DNA from: a virus
Lineage: Duplodnaviria > Heunggongvirae > Uroviricota > Caudoviricetes
DNA: 27,186 nt
Reading direction: 5' to 3' (one strand)
IMG/VR virus record: IMGVR_UViG_3300043036_000338
The position numbers and the translations under genes were made by a program. The notes below the pieces were generated by a model. It was not told the origin of the DNA and made no database searches. It was given only the letters and a program-made list of their open reading frames with translations. This document shows positions 1 through 6,913 of the stretch, one piece after another; within the stretch, counting starts at the first letter, position 1, and the number at the start of each line of letters is the position of its first letter.

Positions 1-369
1 AGTAGTAGCTCCAGAAATAACTACATTACCACTAAAAAATGAAGTGCCGTTCACACTTAGTTTATGTGTGGGAGATGAGTTGCCAATACCGACGTTGCCA
101 TTCGCTGCAAGTCGTGCTTTTTCAGTCCCTTCTGTAAAGAACTGTATAATACCGCCAGTGTTGGCAGATTGCCCAATTTGCACAATGCTGTTGTTGGCGT
201 TAGAATATACTTCAGAAAAACCAATAATACTTTCAGTGCCACTAACATTCTTTTTAAGAAATAGTTTACCATCGTATGTATTAAGAGCAATCTCTCCAAG
301 AGCAAGATCAGTCGTTAAAGGAACTTTGTTCTGAACAGCACTTCGTTTTAGCGTAATATTTGTTGACAT
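1..369 (-). CDS. Tail fibre-like protein, 5' part only (runs off the left edge; absent from the ORF track)
   Basis: Hand translation from ATG at 369 is open to base 1: MSTNITLKRSAVQNKVPLTTDLALGEIALNTYDGKLFLKK...FTEGTEKARLAANGNVGIGNSSPTHKLSVNG. It has the I.LKRS...P...L..GE.A.N..DGKL N-terminal fibre motif and a GNVGIG...P..KL.V.G fibre repeat, with GGTGA upstream as a possible RBS. Confidence 0.8.
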   Translation of the reverse strand, partial: MSTNITLKRSAVQNKVPLTTDLALGEIALNTYDGKLFLKKNVSGTESIIGFSEVYSNANNSIVQIGQSANTGGIIQFFTEGTEKARLAANGNVGIGNSSPTHKLSVNGTSFFSGNVVISGATT

Positions 370-422
370 ATGTCTTTCACCGTTATATAATGTCTATATA
401 GACTATGGAATAATAGGAATGG

Positions 423-1397
423 TTAGTATGTACCACCATCAATTGAGGCAATCATTGAAGCAGTAATTGTTTCAACATCACCTGTTGTGATAAGAGTTCC
501 AGAGGTTGCTGGAAGTATAATAGAGGTTGTTCCTGCTATGGATACAGGTGTAACTGTAATGGTACCAGAAGTGGAACCAGACATAGAAAGTGTTGTAGAA
601 CTTAATACATTAGATCCATTGATCTTATAAGTCTTACCTGATGCAAGATTAAAGTTTTCTGAAGATGTCCAACCGTTTGCAGCACTCCATGAAATTGTTT
701 TATCAGTAGTACCTTTGAGAGTGATACCACCACCTATTGCAGTTGTATCGGTAGGAGATGCAACTGAACCCAACTCAATATTAATATCATCGACAGTCAA
801 CGTAGTTGAATTAAGTGTTGTGGTAGTACCATTGATTGTTAGGTTACCTGACACTACAATATCGTTACTAAATGTCTTAACACCTGCTATGGTTTGTGCA
901 TCAGCACTTATAAGACCAGCAATGGTAGAATTGGCTGCAGCTAAAGTTGTGCTAGTACCTGTGCTTGATGTTACAACAATTACAGAACTATTTGAAGTCT
1001 GGCCAAGATTAGTAGTACCAGAAACTGTAGCCCAATAAGCAACTGAACCATTAGATGCTAACAATTGACCAGCAGTACCTACAGAACCATTTGCCGATAA
1101 TGTAACGGTAGTTAAGTTATTAGCGGTAAAACTATCAACACGTCCAGATGAGTCTACAATGACTGCGGCATTATTAGTCAATGTTCCAGGCACATGATTT
1201 AATTTGTCAGTAAAGTATTTACCACCGATAACAGCAATATTAGCCGCTACACCTCCAGTTTCAGTGCCAGTACCAATGTAAAGACGGTCACCGCCATTTG
1301 ATTGTGTTCCACCTAGAAATGAGTAACCCATTTCACCTTGTGCTAATGCACTTGGAGACCCTGTAGAACCTGATCTTTTAATACGGATAATTGCCAT
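423..1397 (-). CDS. Tail fibre-like virion protein (324 aa) with Mtd_N-like N-terminus
   Basis: The N-terminus IRIKRSGSTGSPSALAQGEMGY...DRLYIG matches a common phage fibre N-terminal motif. The protein is Gly/Thr/Ser/Asn-rich and shares an 87-aa module with the 708-aa fibre. TAATG overlap with the upstream gene. Confidence 0.75.
   Translation of the reverse strand: MAIIRIKRSGSTGSPSALAQGEMGYSFLGGTQSNGGDRLYIGTGTETGGVAANIAVIGGKYFTDKLNHVPGTLTNNAAVIVDSSGRVDSFTANNLTTVTLSANGSVGTAGQLLASNGSVAYWATVSGTTNLGQTSNSSVIVVTSSTGTSTTLAAANSTIAGLISADAQTIAGVKTFSNDIVVSGNLTINGTTTTLNSTTLTVDDINIELGSVASPTDTTAIGGGITLKGTTDKTISWSAANGWTSSENFNLASGKTYKINGSNVLSSTTLSMSGSTSGTITVTPVSIAGTTSIILPATSGTLITTGDVETITASMIASIDGGTY
588..848 (-). 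repeat. Fibre module copy A (GNLTINGTTTT...YKING..VL..TTL), paralogous to 9859-10122
   Basis: Hand alignment gives 64/88 identical residues with the copy in the 708-aa fibre. Confidence 0.9.
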
Positions 1398-1642
1398 TAG
1401 AAGAAGCCTCCATTAACTTCAGTATTTGGGTTCTCAATGGAGGTTCTAGCTCTCCAAGTTTGTGTTGATTGTTCATATATTAAAAGAGCACCGTCTTGTT
1501 GATTTCCTACAACAACATCAGCAAGATCATCTAGATTAATATTACTGGTACTTACTTGGTAATTAGTTACTAAAATGTTCTGCTGAGGTGTTACCTTAGC
1601 AGTGGTTTGTATTCCCTGAGTGACAACGGCTTTTATACTCAT
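1397..1642 (-). CDS. Small virion-associated protein (81 aa)
   Basis: Contains LDDLADV....QDGALLIYEQSTQTW, an L.DL.DV...DG..L.Y....W motif typical of small phage fibre/neck proteins. Its ATG directly follows the upstream TAA. Confidence 0.6.
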   Translation of the reverse strand: MSIKAVVTQGIQTTAKVTPQQNILVTNYQVSTSNINLDDLADVVVGNQQDGALLIYEQSTQTWRARTSIENPNTEVNGGFF

Positions 1643-1975
1643 TTAGATTCTCGTCATTCCTGGAGTTACAGTAACAATTCCTTCAACAACTCGTGTAATT
1701 GTATTGCCTGAGGATGTGATTTCTACATCATACAAATATCTTCCAGGTTCAATAGCAACAGTAGTTGTAGAATTCAGAACAAGAGTAATCTTTCCGCCTG
1801 TGTTATTATGTGATGCTATAAATGTAGTCGCTGATGACGAAGTATAATTCTTTCGCATTTGAGCTGCTACCGTATAACCAGTAAGATTAAACACAGCATT
1901 ATTTGCATCAGTAAGATCAATCGTTGCACTAAAATTTGCACCTTGATCAACAACTAAATTTGCTTTAATAGCCAT
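1643..1975 (-). CDS. Conserved T4-like virion beta-sandwich protein (BppU_N-like fold), 110 aa
   Basis: Motifs DQGANF, NLTGYT..AQMRK and PGRYLYDVEI...TRVVEGIVTVTPG are characteristic of this family. Strong AGGAGG RBS and a late promoter upstream. Confidence 0.75.
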   Translation of the reverse strand: MAIKANLVVDQGANFSATIDLTDANNAVFNLTGYTVAAQMRKNYTSSSATTFIASHNNTGGKITLVLNSTTTVAIEPGRYLYDVEITSSGNTITRVVEGIVTVTPGMTRI

Positions 1976-1982
1976 AAAATAA

Positions 1983-1989
1983 TCCTCCT
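1983..1989 (-). promoter_or_regulatory. Shine-Dalgarno AGGAGGA for the 110-aa gene
   Basis: Plus-strand tcctcct at 1983-1989, 7 nt before the ATG at 1975. Confidence 0.85.
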
Positions 1990-2002
1990 AATATCCTATG
2001 GT

Positions 2003-2010
2003 TATTTATA
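2003..2010 (-). promoter_or_regulatory. T4-type late promoter TATAAATA (gp55 sigma)
   Basis: Exact consensus (plus-strand tatttata) in a short intergenic gap directly upstream of an RBS and structural genes. Confidence 0.8.
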
Positions 2011-2013
2011 CAA

Positions 2014-2961
2014 TCATTGTCTGTAATCATTTAAGTCAAAAGTGGTACCATGCATCTTATAAAGATCACGATCATGATTAGTATATACCAAAACTTCAGT
2101 ATCATCAATTAAAAAATCACACGACTTACAATAATCAGGATAGTCACCAGTTCTATGTCGGTTACGTAAATCTTCATATGCCTCACCATACCAGATGTCT
2201 TTAATTGAAGTTGATGATGTATGACCTAACACAGCTTTTTCATCTTGTCCTAGAACTTGGCAACATGGATGAACTGCACCATAGTCACCATTCAGTCCGC
2301 CTGCTCGAATTACAATGTCTGGCGAAAATGGCCGTCCACATGTTTTTATTTTTCCATCTCTTTCATAATCTGGTTTATATACACCTGACCAATTATGCAT
2401 CTTCCAAATTTCAGTCTTAACATTCATTGTATTGACAATGTCAAGATATTTTTCAACTTCATACGGAATATTTGCTTGATCAAGGATAAGATGATATGTA
2501 GAAACTACACATTCAGAATTAGATGTTAGAACATATTGATTTATGTCATTCAGATTTTTAATAACTTGATTAAATGCAAGACTATTCATCCATTCGTGAT
2601 ATGTAGTTGCATCATAACCAATGATACTAAAACGACAATAATCTAATCCTGCATCAATGACCTCTTTCATGAAAGAATCTTTCAGAAGTCTACCGTTTGT
2701 AAATATGAATGCTTTTGCATTATACTTTTTCACGATCTCAACATATCTTGCCAAATCCCTGTTGAGTGTAGGTTCTCCTGAACCTTCAAGATTCACAACT
2801 TTGAGTCCTTGTTCAGCACATTGTGCCACCATATCTTCAAAATGAGATAGTGACATCTTTTTCAAAAAGTCTTTATGTCTTCCTGGATTTGACTGTGGGC
2901 ACATCTGACATGAGTAGTTGCATCCACCATTTATTTCAATTACTGCTCTTTCGATATTCAT
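2014..2961 (-). CDS. Radical SAM protein with C-terminal SPASM/twitch domain (315 aa)
   Basis: CNYSCQMC (CxxxCxxC), GSGEPTL and FTNG motifs. The auxiliary-cluster cysteines are CGRPF, VHPCCQ and YCKSC. Confidence 0.9.
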   Translation of the reverse strand: MNIERAVIEINGGCNYSCQMCPQSNPGRHKDFLKKMSLSHFEDMVAQCAEQGLKVVNLEGSGEPTLNRDLARYVEIVKKYNAKAFIFTNGRLLKDSFMKEVIDAGLDYCRFSIIGYDATTYHEWMNSLAFNQVIKNLNDINQYVLTSNSECVVSTYHLILDQANIPYEVEKYLDIVNTMNVKTEIWKMHNWSGVYKPDYERDGKIKTCGRPFSPDIVIRAGGLNGDYGAVHPCCQVLGQDEKAVLGHTSSTSIKDIWYGEAYEDLRNRHRTGDYPDYCKSCDFLIDDTEVLVYTNHDRDLYKMHGTTFDLNDYRQ

Positions 2962-3568
2962 TTTTTACTCTTTCATATAACTCAAAATCAAGTTGCTGTG
3001 CACTTCTCACAAGGTTTTTTGTAGATTCATCATAAAATTGATCCACCAATTTATGTGTTGGAACAAGTGATGACTGATTATGATGACCAAATGGAACCTT
3101 GACTTCAATTGTATACTTCTGAATTAAGTCTTTGATATGAGAATCTAAAGTATCATAGCACCACCAAGTACCATTGTTCATAAAATTACTTTGAAGTTGC
3201 ATCTGATAAGGTTTAACATCTTGGATCCAACCTTTACCCTTATATAGACGTAACCGAAAATCTCCTATTGATGGTGTTGGTATTTCACCTTGCTTCCATC
3301 TATACAGATAGAGACTAAGAGTGCGCTCGAGTGGTTCACGAACTGTTGCATAAAAGGTATCATCAGACACAGACAAATCATTCTTAATTGTATTTGATTG
3401 AGTATAATGACTGTGTAAACCCGCACTAACATTTTGTGTAATGCCTCTATGATATGTTATAGTATCTTCTGACGATACAACATTATCAATAAGAAACTCA
3501 CGAACAGATGTTGAACCAGTTTTTGGTACATTAATAAATGTTGCTTTAAGTCTATGAATTCGAATCAT
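2936..3568 (-). CDS. PAPS-dependent sulfotransferase (Sulfotransfer_2-like), 210 aa
   Basis: 5'-phosphosulfate-binding loop NVPKTGSTS near the N-terminus and 3'-phosphate-binding motif VREPLERTLSLY. Confidence 0.85.
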   Translation of the reverse strand: MIRIHRLKATFINVPKTGSTSVREFLIDNVVSSEDTITYHRGITQNVSAGLHSHYTQSNTIKNDLSVSDDTFYATVREPLERTLSLYLYRWKQGEIPTPSIGDFRLRLYKGKGWIQDVKPYQMQLQSNFMNNGTWWCYDTLDSHIKDLIQKYTIEVKVPFGHHNQSSLVPTHKLVDQFYDESTKNLVRSAQQLDFELYERVKNEYRKSSN

Positions 3569-4101
3569 TTTATAAGAAACATGTTAACTGTGATTCGATA
3601 TGATCCTGGAATTGATTTATATGCATGCCAAGTAACATTATCAATAGGCGCAAAGATCAATGTGCGATTAGCTTTCCATTCGACTTCAGCCACAAAGTTT
3701 TTATCAGTATCATATAGTAGAGTTCCACGTGATACTTCAGGAAAAAGATATGTCACTGCTGATAAAACTTTGCTCTTAGCTTCATCATGAATGGGATAGC
3801 TGAGGTCATCTAAACAGATATTTACCTCAGTTGCAAGTTCAAGTTTTTTATAATCTCTATATTGTGGAAATTCTTTTAGTATGTCTTCAGTGATTACACG
3901 ACTGCCGATACATTTAGAAGTTTTTGGTAGTTTCCTTATTGGGTTATGTATTCCACCGATCGTAGTTTTCTTACTATGAAGTTTACTACCATTTTTAAGT
4001 TGTCTAATGAAAGTTCTAATTTCGTCACACATCTCTTGAAAAAGAATTGGATCATAATAATCGTCAATAATCATATGTGGCCACGGTGTTTGTATTAACA
4101 T
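3565..4101 (-). CDS. 2OG-Fe(II) oxygenase superfamily protein (178 aa)
   Basis: PWPHMIIDDY N-terminus, YPIHDEAKSKVLS (HxE), GTLLY, distal His in TWHAY and 2OG-binding Arg in RITVN. Confidence 0.8.
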   Translation of the reverse strand: MLIQTPWPHMIIDDYYDPILFQEMCDEIRTFIRQLKNGSKLHSKKTTIGGIHNPIRKLPKTSKCIGSRVITEDILKEFPQYRDYKKLELATEVNICLDDLSYPIHDEAKSKVLSAVTYLFPEVSRGTLLYDTDKNFVAEVEWKANRTLIFAPIDNVTWHAYKSIPGSYRITVNMFLIK

Positions 4102-5033
4102 CCAAATAATTCCTTTGTTCTTTCACCGTTCTTGAATCGAATCATAATTGATTCCATCTTGTCTTCATAGTTAGGATCATCAATATCTATAACAAGCTTG
4201 TGATAATACCAAGAAAGGAATCGCTTTTGATCTTCAATCGGAACGGGTTGAATTAAATCAAGTTCTTCTGGTGATTTAATCATTGGGATTATTTCTGATA
4301 GATCCATTGGATGAAATGTAGCCACTTTTTTTCCAGCTAACATTGCATTTAAACTCACTGCTGAGTCGGCTGAATATATTCTATTAGCATTGGGAATCAA
4401 TGAATCGGTATTGACATTGTCGATGAATATTGAATACTCACTTACTAATCCATCACGCTTATAAACTTCCCATGCTTTTTCACTTGGCATTGATGTAGTT
4501 GGATGAGCTTTAAACAGCGTGTAAATTTTATTCTCTTTAACATATTTTAATACCATTCTACAAACAACATCATCTTTTGGTGCATCTTTTTCAAAATCCC
4601 AATTTGGATTAATATGATTTGTGACTTTAAATTTTGTGATATTCATCTGCATCAAGTAAAGATCATAGGATTCAGGTGTTTCAATTACTGTATTGGGTTG
4701 CATATACCGATTATTTGGCATTGCAAGGAATCGCTCAATTATTCCATCATCAATTGGGTGATCTTTCCAAAGATGATACATTGGCCATCGAGTCACATAA
4801 TCACCATGAGGAGTCATCTTAAACAGTTTATAGTTTGGACTACCGCCACGATATATTAATGTATAATCAAAATACATTGCAATATATGCCTCAGCAAATA
4901 CATACGGTATCTGATGCTTCTCAGATAACCGTTTAATTGATTCAGAGAATTTAAATAAATGAGGAAAGTTTTTTAACTTAAGTGGTTTATCTTTACGAAC
5001 AACTAACCAAGTTTTCCATTGATCATGATACAT
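4095..5033 (-). CDS. GT-B glycosyltransferase-like protein, capsule synthesis KpsS/KpsC-like (312 aa)
   Basis: FKAHP motif followed by DSLIPNANRIYSADSAVSLNAMLAGKKVATF, resembling the KxHP ... S.vG.EA.L.GKPV C-terminal domain of Capsule_synth proteins. Confidence 0.6.
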   Translation of the reverse strand: MYHDQWKTWLVVRKDKPLKLKNFPHLFKFSESIKRLSEKHQIPYVFAEAYIAMYFDYTLIYRGGSPNYKLFKMTPHGDYVTRWPMYHLWKDHPIDDGIIERFLAMPNNRYMQPNTVIETPESYDLYLMQMNITKFKVTNHINPNWDFEKDAPKDDVVCRMVLKYVKENKIYTLFKAHPTTSMPSEKAWEVYKRDGLVSEYSIFIDNVNTDSLIPNANRIYSADSAVSLNAMLAGKKVATFHPMDLSEIIPMIKSPEELDLIQPVPIEDQKRFLSWYYHKLVIDIDDPNYEDKMESIMIRFKNGERTKELFGC

Positions 5034-5541
5034 TTTTTACCCAAAATCCAAATGAGAAGCGAATCTTTTCTGTCCAAATTGTATGCCATAACAAAGGATC
5101 TTTTTGAACAGGAAACTTTCTTACGGTCCAACCACTATTATCTATATCATCTATAATTTGACCATTTTGATTGACATATCTAAAGATAGCTTTACCAAGA
5201 GTAAATGTATAGTAGATTCGATCACCAGGCATATCAGAATTGGTATGCCATCCCATACATGAATTAGCACCATATACAATCAGATTAGTGTTTTCATTAG
5301 CACCGACTAATTCTGCAAGAGGATTTAACTCATGTTTTGGTGCCATAATTGCAAGATGAGTATGTGTACTTCCATCAAGAAAGTAACCACCTGTTAAATC
5401 TCGAGTAGGTAATTCTTGAGCATCAAATAATTCACGCGTCACACTACCAGAAGGAACTCGAGACCACTGATATTGTGTCTTTTGAATATGACTTGAAAGT
5501 GCTTTAATTACATTTTTATTTGGTTCTAATTTTTGAATCAT
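5023..5541 (-). CDS. Putative 2OG-Fe(II) oxygenase / double-stranded beta-helix protein (172 aa)
   Basis: MGWHTNSD (proximal His), LLWHTIW (distal His) and RFSFGF (RxS-type 2OG-binding strand) in the expected order and spacing. Confidence 0.6.
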   Translation of the reverse strand: MIQKLEPNKNVIKALSSHIQKTQYQWSRVPSGSVTRELFDAQELPTRDLTGGYFLDGSTHTHLAIMAPKHELNPLAELVGANENTNLIVYGANSCMGWHTNSDMPGDRIYYTFTLGKAIFRYVNQNGQIIDDIDNSGWTVRKFPVQKDPLLWHTIWTEKIRFSFGFWVKNVS

Positions 5542-5852
5542 ATATTTGCAAGAATTGCATTGATTTCTTCGTCAGGTATTTGCTGATCATAGCCTGCCGA
5601 TAACATCTGAGAATATTCAAACTCTTTTTTTTGTTTAAAAATTTCTTTGATTGCTGGCGTCCAATTTGAAAGATGTGCTTCAATGAGTTTAATTATGCTT
5701 GGATCATACATATCATATGATAAATCTTGCCATCCCATAGGAGTCATTTGAACACAAGAAAATTGAAATGTTATAAGATTATCTAGTTCATTTCGAACAG
5801 TAACTTCAAGATCAAGAGAATCATTGATTATGCTAGTACTAATAATTTTCAT
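5538..5852 (-). CDS. Hypothetical acidic protein (104 aa), possibly a fibre chaperone
   Basis: Clean ORF filling the gap: ATG 2 nt after the upstream stop, ATGA overlap with the downstream gene. No motif recognised. Confidence 0.55.
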   Translation of the reverse strand: MKIISTSIINDSLDLEVTVRNELDNLITFQFSCVQMTPMGWQDLSYDMYDPSIIKLIEAHLSNWTPAIKEIFKQKKEFEYSQMLSAGYDQQIPDEEINAILANI

Positions 5853-5854
5853 TT

Positions 5855-6910
5855 TTATAACTCAAATGTTGATCTAAATACAAGAATTCTAAATGGATCT
5901 GTAATATAAGTATCACTGTCTGTTGCCGTGGCGTCACCAACATATGATATAATACCATCTTCTGTTGCAAGATATACTGCACAATTCTCACCATTAACCC
6001 ACCAACCACCACGATTGCTTATTAATTTTAAAGGTCCAGATGTAAATCCATTAAATTCCACTGCAGCATCACGAGGTGTAGTTTGGACTGCAAAAATAAT
6101 ATCCCATTTTTTTACAGTCGTGCTATAAACTGTTGCTCCTATTGGAGACTGGGCGGTTGTTCCCACTTGTACATAATAGTTTTGAAGATTCCATTTACCT
6201 GGAAGAACGTGTACCATTTGCGCTGAAAACATAAAGGCATTAGCTTTTGTAAAAGTATAACCAAGAGATGTTACTGATGTTAGGTTAGTATTTACTTGGG
6301 CGTAATTTGCCGCATAAGTCAATGAACCACCCATAAAACTATTGTCAATAGTAGTTGGTGTAATTGAACCACCATTTACAGTATATGAACCTAAACCAGC
6401 ACTTTGTCCAACATTGATTCCTACTACAGTAAACGATTTAGACTCTGCCCAAATTCCAATATTTGGCACACTGACTTCACTTGGAAGAACAGACATATTC
6501 ATAGTAGCTGTAATAGATGTTGCAGATAAGTCAAGACCTGTATTGATTGTATATGATATGTTTGAATTTGTTTCTTTACCATATGGGGAACCAATGTTAC
6601 TAAAAAGCCAATTTCTAGTATTTACAATAGTAGTAGCTGAATCTACGTTAATCTGACCAATGATATTAGAAGGTCTTGTGACTGGATAAGTTTTTGCTCG
6701 CACAGTTCCAGGAATGTTATATGCAAGTGTATCTTCATTATAATCAACGAAGTCTATTGAGTTATTTGAACCACCAAATGATACGCGTCCACTAACAATA
6801 GCATCATTTCCGCTCTTGATAACATTAATGCCTTCTCTATTTGCAAAGGTAGTTGATAATGTTTGACCGCTATTTAAAGTAATTGTGTTAGGTGTAAGTG
6901 TAATTGTCAT
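5855..6910 (-). CDS. Orphan beta-rich, probably virion/receptor-binding protein (351 aa)
   Basis: Thr/Ser/Asn/Gly/aromatic-rich with little charge. Lies in the tail operon. No family recognised. Confidence 0.5.
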   Translation of the reverse strand: MTITLTPNTITLNSGQTLSTTFANREGINVIKSGNDAIVSGRVSFGGSNNSIDFVDYNEDTLAYNIPGTVRAKTYPVTRPSNIIGQINVDSATTIVNTRNWLFSNIGSPYGKETNSNISYTINTGLDLSATSITATMNMSVLPSEVSVPNIGIWAESKSFTVVGINVGQSAGLGSYTVNGGSITPTTIDNSFMGGSLTYAANYAQVNTNLTSVTSLGYTFTKANAFMFSAQMVHVLPGKWNLQNYYVQVGTTAQSPIGATVYSTTVKKWDIIFAVQTTPRDAAVEFNGFTSGPLKLISNRGGWWVNGENCAVYLATEDGIISYVGDATATDSDTYITDPFRILVFRSTFEL

Positions 6911-6913
6911 AAG

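Noticed and set aside
57-305. Minus-strand 82-aa ORF in the track
   Set aside because: Wrong frame; it lies inside the real fibre gene starting at 369, which the track missed because it has no stop in the window.
2014-5541. Cassette as a DNA hypermodification system (oxygenase plus glycosyltransferase)
   Set aside because: Neither oxygenase looks TET/JBP-like, no methyltransferase, thymidylate synthase homolog or nucleotide kinase is present, and the context is late tail genes rather than replication genes. Not excluded, but less likely.
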